A DNA stretch of 64,000 nucleotides, taken from Dehalococcoidia bacterium. Its GTDB lineage: Bacteria > Chloroflexota > Dehalococcoidia > Lucifugimonadales > QGNO01. The notes beneath the pieces are model-generated. The model did no database searches. It saw only the letters and a program-made list of their open reading frames with translations, and had not been told where the DNA came from. Positions within the stretch are counted from its first letter, which is position 1. Every line of letters begins with the position of its first letter. The DNA lies in NCBI GenBank assembly GCA_965197965.1, contig OZ240235.1, positions 1,189,820 to 1,253,819 on the forward strand, in the 5' to 3' direction. Below are positions 10,998-20,115 of the stretch, piece after piece. The translations under genes and the position numbers were made by a program.

Positions 10998-11957
10998 ATG
11001 GACTTTGGCTTTGGCGTGCCCACCCGCGGCCCTATGTCCGCGCCGCAAACGTTAGCCGCGCTCGTTGCTAGCGGCGAGGAGTTGGGATTCAGCTACATCG
11101 GCGTCCCCGACCACATAGTGGTGGCGCGACGCATCGACTCCACCTACCCCTACAGCGAAAGCGGAACCTTCACCGGCTGGGAATCCGGCGAATGCCTGGA
11201 GCAGCTTACCCTTCTCGCCTACCTGGCCGCCCATACCACAAGGGTGCGCCTGCTCTCCTCCGTCATGGTCGTGCCGCATCGCAATCCCGTGCACGCCGCC
11301 AAGATACTCTCCACCATAGACAACCTCTCCGGGGGTCGTCTCACCGTGGGCTGCGGCGCCGGCTGGATGCGCGAGGAGTTCGAGGCCATCGGCACGCCTC
11401 CCTTCGACAACCGCGGCTCCGTCAGCGACGAACACATACGCGTTTTCAAAGAGCTCTGGACCAGCGACGCACCGGCCTTTGAAGGCAAATACGCCGGGTT
11501 CTCCGACATCATCTTCAGCCCTCAGCCAGTCCAGAAGCCGCACCCCCCCATCTGGATAGGCGGCGAAAGCCCCGCCGCTCTGCGCCGGGCGGCCCGCCTG
11601 GGCGATGCCTGGTATCCCATCGGCAGCAACCCCACCTACCCCTTGCAGACCGTGCAGCAGCTTTCAGAAGCCATCCGCCGTCTTCATGGCTACGCCGAAG
11701 GGTTCGGACGCGACCCCATGGAGATAGACCTTGCCTTCAGCGCCGGCTGGTACAACGAAAAAGAAGCCCGCACCGGCCCCGACGGCGAGCGGCTAACCTT
11801 CACCGGCACGGCCCAGCAGATAGCGGACGACATCCTGTCGTTCCAGGAGTTGGGCGTGCGCCACCTCATGCTCGGCTTCCAAGCGCCGACCCTCGACCAA
11901 ACGCTGGAGCGAATGGGCTACTTCGCCTCAGAGATCATGCCCCTGACCATGCCATAG
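10998..11957 (+). CDS. LLM-class (luciferase-like) F420-dependent oxidoreductase
   Basis: 319 aa. GF..IGVPDH, P.QKPHPPIWIGG.SPAALRRAARLGDAW are typical of TIGR03619-type LLM enzymes. Confidence 0.85.
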   Translation: MDFGFGVPTRGPMSAPQTLAALVASGEELGFSYIGVPDHIVVARRIDSTYPYSESGTFTGWESGECLEQLTLLAYLAAHTTRVRLLSSVMVVPHRNPVHAAKILSTIDNLSGGRLTVGCGAGWMREEFEAIGTPPFDNRGSVSDEHIRVFKELWTSDAPAFEGKYAGFSDIIFSPQPVQKPHPPIWIGGESPAALRRAARLGDAWYPIGSNPTYPLQTVQQLSEAIRRLHGYAEGFGRDPMEIDLAFSAGWYNEKEARTGPDGERLTFTGTAQQIADDILSFQELGVRHLMLGFQAPTLDQTLERMGYFASEIMPLTMP

Positions 11958-11970
11958 TCGCCCCTCCTTT

Positions 11971-12003
11971 CGTCATTGCGAGCGCAGCGAAGCAATCCGG
12001 CGG
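11971..12003 (+). repeat. hairpin repeat, 'ATTGC' type
   Basis: CGTCATTGCGAGCGCAGCGAAGCAATCCGGCGG. Further copies at 24495-24527, 29973-30005, 35815-35847, 35945-35976 and a variant at 57525-57563. Confidence 0.85.
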
Positions 12004-12287
12004 CGAGGCGTCCTTCCCCGCGCCACCAGCCGCCCAACGCCCTTCGCTACTCCACCGCCATTCTGTCCATTTGCTCGCCTGCCTGGCTTGCGCTTGGGTT
12101 GTGGTGGTCGTGGTGGCAACCTTCCCGTCGAAGTACGCCCAGCCTTTGCCGCCCTTCTCAATTATGTAGTGCACCGGCTACAATTGCATATCAAGCTTGG
12201 AGAGAATTGTGCCATCGCATTTCAGCACCCTCAACACTTACTGCGTGTATGAATTCGCTGCACACGAGTCCCACGGGGAAGACAAGC

Positions 12288-12812
12288 ATGCGTGAAAAAA
12301 TAGACTTGAACGGGCGAACTTACCTAGTGAAATGGGTCAATGCGTCGGCAATTGGACCAGACTATCTTCCTAAGTTCCTATCGACTTCATACGAAGTGAC
12401 ACAAGTGTCGGGATACCTGTACTCAGACAGAGGAGTCGTCCTAGCAGCATATGAAGACGGCCGGTACGCGATTCCAGGGGGCCATCCACGGGAAGGCGAA
12501 TCGCCGTTGGACACACTGCGTCGTGAGGTACTAGAAGAGGTGTGTGTGTTGATATCTTCAAGGCCGGCTCCCGTATTGCTAGGTGGGGTGCTATGGCTTG
12601 CAGAGGGAAAACCACAAGCTTGGCAGCTCAGATACTCAGCCAAGGTAGCGAACATGCATCCCTTCGAACGCAAGTTCGAGACTGTTGGACGTGTGGTAGC
12701 ACCGAAGGCAGAAGTGTTGCGGATGTTGGGTCATCAAGGCAAGATAGCTTCACATGCTCTTTCACTTTCCAATATGAAACTTGGAAGTCCCGGGCCGGTG
12801 CCGTGGTCATGA
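12288..12812 (+). CDS. NUDIX hydrolase
   Basis: Nudix box GGHPREGESPLDTLRREVLEEVCV. Start placed at ATG 12288 (alternative ATG 12250). The track ORF start 11976 lies inside a repeat. AT-richer than the flanks. Confidence 0.7.
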   Translation: MREKIDLNGRTYLVKWVNASAIGPDYLPKFLSTSYEVTQVSGYLYSDRGVVLAAYEDGRYAIPGGHPREGESPLDTLRREVLEEVCVLISSRPAPVLLGGVLWLAEGKPQAWQLRYSAKVANMHPFERKFETVGRVVAPKAEVLRMLGHQGKIASHALSLSNMKLGSPGPVPWS

Positions 12813-12883
12813 CATGAACGGTGTGAACGGCATTATCCAAACTATGCCCCCGTTCACCCTGAGCCTGCCATCTATGAGCGCCC

Positions 12884-13759
12884 CTATACCGGGCTCATCG
12901 CCCCGCTCTCCACAAAGCGACGTATCTCCCCTTCCAACTCATCCGGCCTCTCCTGCGGAATAAAATGCCCCACGTCCTTCATAATGACGTGCTCAAAGCT
13001 GGGCGCGGCTTTCTGCAATAGCTGCAAAGATGGATTCGCCGACGGATGGCGCGTGGGGTTCTCGCTGGTGATGAGCAGTATGGGGAACGTGACCCTGGCC
13101 AGCCAGTCCTCCTGGTCGGCGGGAGCCTGCGCCGCCGTGAACTCCGCCTCTATCTCCGGCGTGCACTTCAGCTGCGCCTGTCCGTCCTCCAGCTCCTTCG
13201 TGCCGCCGTTTATGTACTCCCAGAGCAGGTCCGTCCTCCAGTTCCGGAACGCCTCCGCCTGGGAGTAGCGGTCGAAGATGGCCTGACGGCTAGGCCATAA
13301 AGAGCGGCGATTGCGGGCTACCCTCGCCGCCGCGCTGCGGTCGTGGTGGCTGCCCGGCTCCGGGTTGTGCACCGGCATGCCGGGCTCGATGATAATGGCG
13401 CCTCTCACCCGGTCGCTGATGAAGGAACCGCCTAGCGCCGCCAGCACCGCGCCCCTGGAATGGCCAATGAGCAATATGTCTCGCAGGTCCAGCCCTTCCA
13501 CGAACCCTTTCAGGTCCGGGGCCACGTTCTCCCAGTTGTAGCCGCCCGGCTTGTCGGAGTCGCCGTGACCCCGCAGGTCCATGGCCACCACGCGAAACTG
13601 TGAAGCCAGCCATTCTGCGGTCGGCCGCCATACCTGTGCGCACAGGCCTCTGCCGTGAAGCAGCACCGCCGGCGGGCCGCTGCCCGGCCACTCCAGGTAG
13701 TGCAGCCTTATCTCTGAAGTCTCGATGAACTTGCTCTCCGCTTCCAATGGTTCCTCCAT
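12884..13759 (-). CDS. alpha/beta hydrolase
   Basis: LLHGRG, MDLRGHGDSDKP, nucleophile elbow GHSRGA. Start ATG 13759 (alternative 13798). Confidence 0.85.
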   Translation of the reverse strand: MEEPLEAESKFIETSEIRLHYLEWPGSGPPAVLLHGRGLCAQVWRPTAEWLASQFRVVAMDLRGHGDSDKPGGYNWENVAPDLKGFVEGLDLRDILLIGHSRGAVLAALGGSFISDRVRGAIIIEPGMPVHNPEPGSHHDRSAAARVARNRRSLWPSRQAIFDRYSQAEAFRNWRTDLLWEYINGGTKELEDGQAQLKCTPEIEAEFTAAQAPADQEDWLARVTFPILLITSENPTRHPSANPSLQLLQKAAPSFEHVIMKDVGHFIPQERPDELEGEIRRFVESGAMSPV

Positions 13760-13828
13760 TGCCTGGGCTTCGCTTTTGCAGCCTATGGATAGTACCATAT
13801 GAAATCCAGACCGCCTTAGGAGAGCTTC

Positions 13829-14428
13829 ATGGACAACCCCGCATTGACCACCTACCCCGTCATTCCCGTCATAGCCAACCGGTGGAGTCCGCGCTCCTTC
13901 GACGCCGAGCGCCTTTTGGACACGCAGACCGTCGGCTCACTGTTCGAAGCGGCGCGCTGGGCCCCGTCCTCGGGCAACGAGCAGCCCTGGCGATACATCG
14001 TCGGCCTCAACTTCGACGAAGCTCACCGGGCCGTCTTGGACTGCCTCGCCGAGGGCAATCGGCTCTGGGCCGCTAAAGCCCCTCTGCTCTTCGTCGCCGT
14101 GTCCAAGGCCACCCGCAACGACCGCCCCAACCCGCACTTCGCCCACGACGTAGGGGCCTCCCTAGAGAACCTCTTCCTCCAGGCCATACACCTGGGACTG
14201 CACTGCCACTACATGGCCGGATTCTCAGCAGACAGTGTGCGCCAGACCTTCGGCGTGCCCGACGGATTCGAGCCGGTAACGGCGGGCGCCGTAGGCTACC
14301 TCGGCGACCTCAACCTCCTCCCCGACGAACTCAAGCAGCGTGAGCAGAGAAAGCGGGAGCGCAAGCCCTTCTCGGAGTTCGTCTTCACCGGCGCATGGGA
14401 AAGCCCCCTACCCGGATTGGATGGGTAG
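13829..14428 (+). CDS. nitroreductase family protein
   Basis: 199 aa. I.NRWSPRSF......L.EAARWAPSSGN.QPWR pattern. Confidence 0.85.
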   Translation: MDNPALTTYPVIPVIANRWSPRSFDAERLLDTQTVGSLFEAARWAPSSGNEQPWRYIVGLNFDEAHRAVLDCLAEGNRLWAAKAPLLFVAVSKATRNDRPNPHFAHDVGASLENLFLQAIHLGLHCHYMAGFSADSVRQTFGVPDGFEPVTAGAVGYLGDLNLLPDELKQREQRKRERKPFSEFVFTGAWESPLPGLDG

Positions 14429-14437
14429 GGGGCAGTC

Positions 14438-15274
14438 TCACACCGCCAAGTCAAATGGCAAGTCACTGATGTCGCGTAGTCTCCTGCCGGTCATGAGTAT
14501 GTCTAACAATTCAGCATCTGACTCGTTACCCACAACTGCATCCTTCAATTCCCTCAGCGCAAAATGGTAGATGCAGTCGATATCGCCTGTACCATAGGCC
14601 AGTGACGCTATTCGACCAGGAAGAGGTTCCCCTGTGACTACGACTATATGTGGTGTCTTGCCTTTTCGATTTCGCACCAGGTTCAAGCCCTCGGTGCGTG
14701 CGTTTTGAGAGCGGTCACTACGAATTGTCCACTTGCAAGAGACGCTCGCGTGCAGAATCTTCGCTTCCGAATTCGTGCGTCGCAGCGGGGTATAGCTAGC
14801 AACGGTATCGTTGTTCAAAAGGGATTCGTTCTCGTTGATTTTCGAGTCCGTAACCGGCTCTCGGCAGACAACAATGTCAGGCTTTACGATATAGTCGCCA
14901 AAGATGATCTGTAGCTCCTGATGCTCTTCAACCACTCGTCGCACATCGGACAAGTGTAAATACTGCTCGTAGTCACGGATGTCTCCGCCCATCGAGAATT
15001 CCCACTCGCCAGGGCGTAGATGAGCAAGTAACCCAAATGCGTCGCGTAGAAAGCTCCTTGTGGCCTCTTCGAATTGATGTCCCGCCGTCTGCCCAGCCAA
15101 TCTCTCAGACCCCACCGGAAGCCCAATGTTCTCGACTATGCCTCTGGCAATCCTCGCACTCGATGCACTTCCGCTGTCGGCGTTGTTCGGAATTCCAGAC
15201 GTATTCAGTCTCAATACGTCGTTGGCAATTTGGCGGTGGTAAGCTTGTCGGAGAGCTTCGATCCTGCCGGGCAT
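14438..15274 (-). CDS. type II restriction endonuclease, NgoMIV family
   Basis: 278 aa, collinear with NgoMIV as I remember it: LHASVSCKWTIRSDRSQNARTEGLNLVRNRKGKTPHIVVVTGEP, GTGDIDCIYHFAL, RLRDISDLPFDLAV. Contains the S-x-K catalytic motif. The start shares one nt with the MTase stop (TAATG). Confidence 0.85.
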   Translation of the reverse strand: MPGRIEALRQAYHRQIANDVLRLNTSGIPNNADSGSASSARIARGIVENIGLPVGSERLAGQTAGHQFEEATRSFLRDAFGLLAHLRPGEWEFSMGGDIRDYEQYLHLSDVRRVVEEHQELQIIFGDYIVKPDIVVCREPVTDSKINENESLLNNDTVASYTPLRRTNSEAKILHASVSCKWTIRSDRSQNARTEGLNLVRNRKGKTPHIVVVTGEPLPGRIASLAYGTGDIDCIYHFALRELKDAVVGNESDAELLDILMTGRRLRDISDLPFDLAV

Positions 15275-16650
15275 TACATCTTCACCAATCCGATCACGTA
15301 CTCTTTGTGCATACGCTCTTCAATCTGTGATTGCTGTAGCTGACCCCATCGAGCTGGCATCATACGTTTGTCACGATCCAACAGCCGTGTACCGATTCCC
15401 GCTAGAATGAAGCCGGCATGTTCACCGATGGCGGCGAGTCCCTTGTGTGTCTCTACATCCAGGCCCCTTAATTTCGAGGAACCTACTACTATCACAGCCG
15501 GCCGGCCTACTTTCAATACACGCTGCATCTCACAAATGACAGTCTTCATTTCCTCAAAGTAGCGACGCAATACAAGTGCCTTCTTATCATCGCGATTCGC
15601 CAGCTTGACCAACGTCTCTTCACACTGGCTCGGTAGCCCATCCCTGCGCAAGCCAGCAACCGCGTCGTGGCCTACATACTGCGCACGAATCTGGCTGAGG
15701 TCTGCAATCTTCCAACCAAACCACACCAGCGAAAACTTGTGTGCGCGCATATAGTCAATAGCGTTGTTGGCATAGGGTGGCGACGTCACAATCAGATCAA
15801 CACTCGCGGGCGGCAGGCTGGTGTCTGCCGCACTAGTGGCGTGAATGGATGCGGAGGGGAAGGCTTGCGCCTCATCTCCACCGGCTCCGCCTAAAAGAGT
15901 AGGCGTTGCAAGGCCGATTAAGTCGCGCTTACCGAGAGCCGCTACGTTACGCTCTAAACGCTTGCCAAACTCGATGAAGGCCGATACGGGTGTCTTATTT
16001 GTGTCCCTGTGAGGGCGGGTGTGTGCCAAGTCGCGCGCCAATGATACCCCACCAGACTTGGCAATGATTGTTGATGAGAACACTACCTGAAGGAAGCTGC
16101 GCATTCCTCCTTCTGGTAAAGCTTCAATGTGCTGCACGAGAGCAAGCAGTTCAAGCTGTTGCTGGGGCAGGAACCAATAACTTACGAATTCTCGTGTCTT
16201 CGCGTCGAACCTAAGGTTTAAATCCCTCAGTAGCCTCCAGCGGGATTGGTGATAGTCCTCACTTGCGCCAGCTATGATCTTCTTTCCCTCCCAGAGGGCG
16301 ACGACTGGATCAATGGGAGTCAACTTGGCTGTTGCAATCATTCGTGCCAGCGGATCAATGTCGCAGCCAACGGCTCGGCGTCCGAGCCGTATAGCTTCGA
16401 TGAGCGTAGTTCCGGAACCGAGCATGGGATCTAGAACGAGGTCGCCCGGGTTCGAGAGATGGCGAATCATGAACTCTGGCAACTGGGGCGGAAACTTAGC
16501 TGGGAAGGAGTGCCAAGCGTGAGAGCCGTAGCTGCCGTTCGTACCGTGGAAATCTAAGTTAGCACGCAGTGCTTCACGCGTCGCGTCAAGGCGGCTGCCA
16601 ATGTCATCTACTTGAACGGCGGAGTCGGAGGTGAGGTTCAAAAAGCTCAA
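15274..16650 (-). CDS. site-specific DNA amino-methyltransferase (N4-C/N6-A type)
   Basis: 458 aa. HSFPAKFPPQLP, motif I VLDPMLGSGTTLIEA, motif IV LIVTSPPYANN. Translationally coupled to the endonuclease gene. Confidence 0.85.
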   Translation of the reverse strand: MSFLNLTSDSAVQVDDIGSRLDATREALRANLDFHGTNGSYGSHAWHSFPAKFPPQLPEFMIRHLSNPGDLVLDPMLGSGTTLIEAIRLGRRAVGCDIDPLARMIATAKLTPIDPVVALWEGKKIIAGASEDYHQSRWRLLRDLNLRFDAKTREFVSYWFLPQQQLELLALVQHIEALPEGGMRSFLQVVFSSTIIAKSGGVSLARDLAHTRPHRDTNKTPVSAFIEFGKRLERNVAALGKRDLIGLATPTLLGGAGGDEAQAFPSASIHATSAADTSLPPASVDLIVTSPPYANNAIDYMRAHKFSLVWFGWKIADLSQIRAQYVGHDAVAGLRRDGLPSQCEETLVKLANRDDKKALVLRRYFEEMKTVICEMQRVLKVGRPAVIVVGSSKLRGLDVETHKGLAAIGEHAGFILAGIGTRLLDRDKRMMPARWGQLQQSQIEERMHKEYVIGLVKM

Positions 16651-16805
16651 AATAATCTCCCGGCTGCAACGTCCTTCAGTGTCTCCGCAACCTCAGGTGT
16701 ATATGAGTCCTCCGCTCGATTCATACGTCGCAGGCGAACTCGTGGTAATACTAGTAGTGGGGGCCATTGAAGGTCAATCCTCTCCTGTCTCCTTCCACCC
16801 ACCGT

Positions 16806-16834
16806 TTGACACCCCACCCCCACCCTCATATCAT
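16806..16834 (+). promoter_or_regulatory. candidate sigma70-type promoter TTGACA-N17-TATCAT
   Basis: TTGACA 16806-16811, 17-nt C-rich spacer, TATCAT 16829-16834, 27 nt upstream of ATG 16861. Near-twin at 22249-22277. Confidence 0.4.
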
Positions 16835-16860
16835 CCCCTTGCGACTCATAGGAGAACCGC

Positions 16861-17850
16861 ATGCCTGACATCCACGGTGAAGAAGAGCACGCCTCCTACG
16901 TGGGAATACCTACGTTCATCCATGCTCCCCTTGCCCTTACCGCCGCTGAGTTGAAGGAGATGGAGGCCGACATCGCCATTATTGGCGCACCCGCCGAGAT
17001 GGTGATCTACCGTCCCGGTGCCAGATTCGGCCCGCGAGCCATACGCCAGGCCGGCTACGTGGAGCACCCCAACGACTACATCTATCACATGGAGTTTGAA
17101 GTCCACCCTACGCGCATTCTCAAAGTGGTCGACTTTGGCGACGCCGCCTGTCCCCCCTTCTCCATCGAGCTCAGCCACCAGGCCATCCAGGCCAAGGTTT
17201 CAGAGGCCCTGGAAGCGGGCGCCGTGCCCGTTGTGCTCGGTGGCGACCACTCCGTCACGCTACCTAGCGCCACAGCCGTGGCCAAGAAGTACGGCTTCGG
17301 CAACGTGGGCATCGTCCACTTCGACGCCCACGCCGACACCTGGGACTCCGTATACGGGTCGCTGGTCTCTCACGCCAGTCCCATGCGCCGCCTCATAGAA
17401 AGCGGCGCAGTCCCCGGCAAGAACTTCGTTCAGGTGGGGCTGCGCGGCTACGCCCATGGGGAAGGGCTGCAGGAATGGATGCGAGGGCAGGGTATGCGCT
17501 GGCACCGGATGTCGGAGATCGAGCAGCGCGGCTTCGATGCCGTCCTCAGCGACGCCATTGTAGAGGCGCAGGACGGGCCGGAGCACATATATCTCTCCGT
17601 GGACATAGACGTGCTGGACCCCGCCTTTGCCCCCGGCACCGGCACGCCGGAGCCGGGCGGCCTCGCCACCATCGAGCTACTGCGAGCCGTGCGCCGCATC
17701 GCCTCGTCCGTGAACCTGGTCGGCATGGACGTTGTAGAGGTGTCTCCTCCCTACGACGGCCCCGCCGGCCTTGCCGCCGACGCCGCCAACCGCGTCATCC
17801 TGGAAGCTATCAGCGCCCTCGCCTGGCGCAAAAGCAAGGGAGGGCGCTAG
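16861..17850 (+). CDS. agmatinase/arginase-family ureohydrolase
   Basis: 329 aa. GGDHSVTLP, HFDAHADTW, SVDIDVLDPAFAPGTGTPEPGG metal-binding motifs. Confidence 0.9.
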   Translation: MPDIHGEEEHASYVGIPTFIHAPLALTAAELKEMEADIAIIGAPAEMVIYRPGARFGPRAIRQAGYVEHPNDYIYHMEFEVHPTRILKVVDFGDAACPPFSIELSHQAIQAKVSEALEAGAVPVVLGGDHSVTLPSATAVAKKYGFGNVGIVHFDAHADTWDSVYGSLVSHASPMRRLIESGAVPGKNFVQVGLRGYAHGEGLQEWMRGQGMRWHRMSEIEQRGFDAVLSDAIVEAQDGPEHIYLSVDIDVLDPAFAPGTGTPEPGGLATIELLRAVRRIASSVNLVGMDVVEVSPPYDGPAGLAADAANRVILEAISALAWRKSKGGR

Positions 17851-17856
17851 CCCTTC

Positions 17857-18345
17857 TCAGAGTTGATTGACTAAATAGAAAGCCACTTCCTTCGTTATGG
17901 TGTTGTTCACTACCATCCTGGCTCGGTATGCTCCTTCTCCCTCAGGAACGTTTAGCCCAACGCGTGCCGAGAAGGGCGTCCTAAACTTTTGTCCTGGCAG
18001 TGCCTTGACTGAACGGCCGACATTGAATCCACCCTCTATCCGGCTTAACTCTTGACCGTCCCCCGTTTCGAAAGTCAAGCGGAATCGGTTCTCTTGGTTG
18101 GTGAGATGCCAAGGTACTAGAATCCCAGCAGCAATGCTAAAATTAATGGGCTTCCCCTTGGGAGGTGCTAGTATCCTATCCCAGCCGCCACCTTGTATGT
18201 AAATCATACCGTTGGTAGTTTCTGCCCAGTTCGCAAGTATCAGCCATTCTATCTCTAAGTTCTCGATCGGCTCCACCACTGCCTCGGCAGGTCGCTCCGT
18301 CTTGGGCGATGCTTTCACTCCCCTCCGCTGATTCCTCGTTGACAT
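17857..18345 (-). CDS. hypothetical protein
   Basis: Start set at ATG 18345 (AGGAG upstream). The track ORF's extra 122 N-terminal aa overlap the opposite-strand gene and look non-coding. No family recognised. Confidence 0.5.
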   Translation of the reverse strand: MSTRNQRRGVKASPKTERPAEAVVEPIENLEIEWLILANWAETTNGMIYIQGGGWDRILAPPKGKPINFSIAAGILVPWHLTNQENRFRLTFETGDGQELSRIEGGFNVGRSVKALPGQKFRTPFSARVGLNVPEGEGAYRARMVVNNTITKEVAFYLVNQL

Positions 18346-18384
18346 TGACGACTCCTGTATACAATGTTTACAATGTAGTTTACA

Positions 18385-18744
18385 ATGAGCCAAGATGCAA
18401 ATCAAGACCCTTTCCAGGCACTGTTCCAGGTTCATGGCAAGGTTAAAGAACTTGAGATCGATGAAGAGTTCGCAGAGCATATGGTTGAAGTCAAGAGGCA
18501 GTATCCAAAGCACCAGATTTCTCCTGTTGAGGTCATAGAAGTTCATCAAAACGAACCTGAGTATTTTGAGAACGTGGGTGAGAATAGAAGGGCGCCTCTG
18601 ATTATGATCGGGGTGACAAATTCTGGTAGACTGGTGTCCGTGCCAATTGAGCCTACCAACAAGAAGGAGACGTGGCGCCCTGTGACTGCGTTTGAGTCGA
18701 ACAGCCATCACAGGCGGCGTTACCTAGAAAGGCGGGGAGAATGA
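18385..18744 (+). CDS. putative toxin, BrnT/DUF497-like
   Basis: 119 aa. The C-terminal ...GRLVSVPIEP....WRPVTAFESNSHHRRRY resembles the BrnT pattern (weak, from memory). 4-nt overlap with a downstream RHH gene. Confidence 0.4.
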   Translation: MSQDANQDPFQALFQVHGKVKELEIDEEFAEHMVEVKRQYPKHQISPVEVIEVHQNEPEYFENVGENRRAPLIMIGVTNSGRLVSVPIEPTNKKETWRPVTAFESNSHHRRRYLERRGE

Positions 18745-19073
18745 CACAAACTAAGAACAAAGACTATGTCTTGGGTCGCAACGTTACTGACTTGGCTCGT
18801 GTGAAGAGCAGTGGAACAGTAGTCATGTCATTGCGGCTCTCTGTTGAGGAATTTTCCGCGCTCAGTAACCTAGCTGAGTCAGAAGGAAAGACCGTCTCAC
18901 AGGTAGCCCGTGAAGGCATTAGGGAACGGCTAGAGCAAGCCAGCAAGAGGCACTATGAATACAATGCGACACTGGGAATCCCCCAGGTCGGTATAGATAT
19001 CTATTACGGTACACCTGTGCAGACTGGCACGAGTTCCCATTTAACTCAGGAAGAGTATACGCACGTAAGCTAA
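18741..19073 (+). CDS. ribbon-helix-helix (CopG/BrnA-like) antitoxin candidate
   Basis: 110 aa. VVMSLRLSVEEFSALSNLAESEGKTVSQVAREGIRERL is a typical RHH segment. Confidence 0.5.
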   Translation: MTQTKNKDYVLGRNVTDLARVKSSGTVVMSLRLSVEEFSALSNLAESEGKTVSQVAREGIRERLEQASKRHYEYNATLGIPQVGIDIYYGTPVQTGTSSHLTQEEYTHVS

Positions 19074-19209
19074 TCCTGCATCAGAGCAGCCTGGTGGCAG
19101 GGCAGGCATCGCCCCCCTCTTCACAACCCTCCACCCTCCAGCGGGTGTATAATAGCAATAGTGCCTTCCAGCCCTTGAAACGTGGCGGACTGAAACGTAG
19201 GAGCGATAT

Positions 19210-20115
19210 ATGAACCCCGTCATCCAGCTGCAGAAGCTCACCAAGTACTACGGTGAGCACAGGGGCGTCATCGATCTCGATATGGAGGTCCTGCCCGGTG
19301 GCGTTTTCGGCTATCTTGGCCCCAACGGCGCAGGCAAGACCACCACCATCCGTCTCCTCCTAGACCTCATCCGACCCACCGGCGGCGCAGCCAGGGTATT
19401 CGGCATGGACGCCCAGACCGCTTCCCTAGAGATTCGGCGGCGCATTGGCTATCTCCCCGCCGACCCTTCTCTCTATGCCAATCTCACCGGCGAGCAGTTT
19501 CTCCTCTACGCCGCCAACCTCAAGGGCGGCGTTCCCTGGCCCAATATCAAGCGCCTAGCCGACAGACTGGAGTGCGATCTTTCCCGCAACATTCGCACCC
19601 TGTCCCACGGCAACAGGCAGAAAATAGCCGTCATTCGCGCCTTCATGCACGAGCCGGAGCTTCTCATACTGGATGAACCTACCTCCGGCCTGGACCCCCT
19701 CATGCAGCAGGAGTTCGAGAGCATGGTCAGGGAGGTGAAGGCGGACGGAAGGACCGTCTTCCTCTCCTCCCACATTATTCCAGAGGTCGAGGAGCTTTGC
19801 GATAGGGTAGCCATCATCCGGGATGGCAGCCTCGTTGCCGTTGAAGACGTTGCAACCTTCAAGGCGCGCAGCATTCGCAGCCTGGAGCTTCGCTTCGGCG
19901 AGCCTCTGTCCGAAAACGCCTTCCAGGACGTCGACGGCGTGCGAAACGTGTCCGTCGACGGCAGCACCCTGAAGTGCGAGGTGGTAGGCTCCCTCGACCG
20001 GTTCATCAAGACGGCTGCCCGCTATGAAGTGGTGGACATGACCGTCCACGAGCCCAGCCTGGAAGAGGTTTTCCTGGCGTTCTACGGAGAGGAGGAATCG
20101 GATGCTTCTGCGTAA
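19210..20115 (+). CDS. ABC transporter ATP-binding protein
   Basis: Walker A GPNGAGKTT, signature LSHGNRQK, Walker B LLILDEPTSGLD. Confidence 0.9.
   Translation: MNPVIQLQKLTKYYGEHRGVIDLDMEVLPGGVFGYLGPNGAGKTTTIRLLLDLIRPTGGAARVFGMDAQTASLEIRRRIGYLPADPSLYANLTGEQFLLYAANLKGGVPWPNIKRLADRLECDLSRNIRTLSHGNRQKIAVIRAFMHEPELLILDEPTSGLDPLMQQEFESMVREVKADGRTVFLSSHIIPEVEELCDRVAIIRDGSLVAVEDVATFKARSIRSLELRFGEPLSENAFQDVDGVRNVSVDGSTLKCEVVGSLDRFIKTAARYEVVDMTVHEPSLEEVFLAFYGEEESDASA

Noticed and set aside
11976-12287. Long N-terminal extension of the NUDIX ORF (278-aa version)
   Set aside because: The extension starts inside the ATTGC-type repeat, is Pro/Ser/Arg/Trp-rich, and precedes an internal ATG followed by the recognisable Nudix fold. 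Comparable trimming was applied at 1505, 9233, 10112, 18711, 23027, 46506, 50492, 52462 and 56993.
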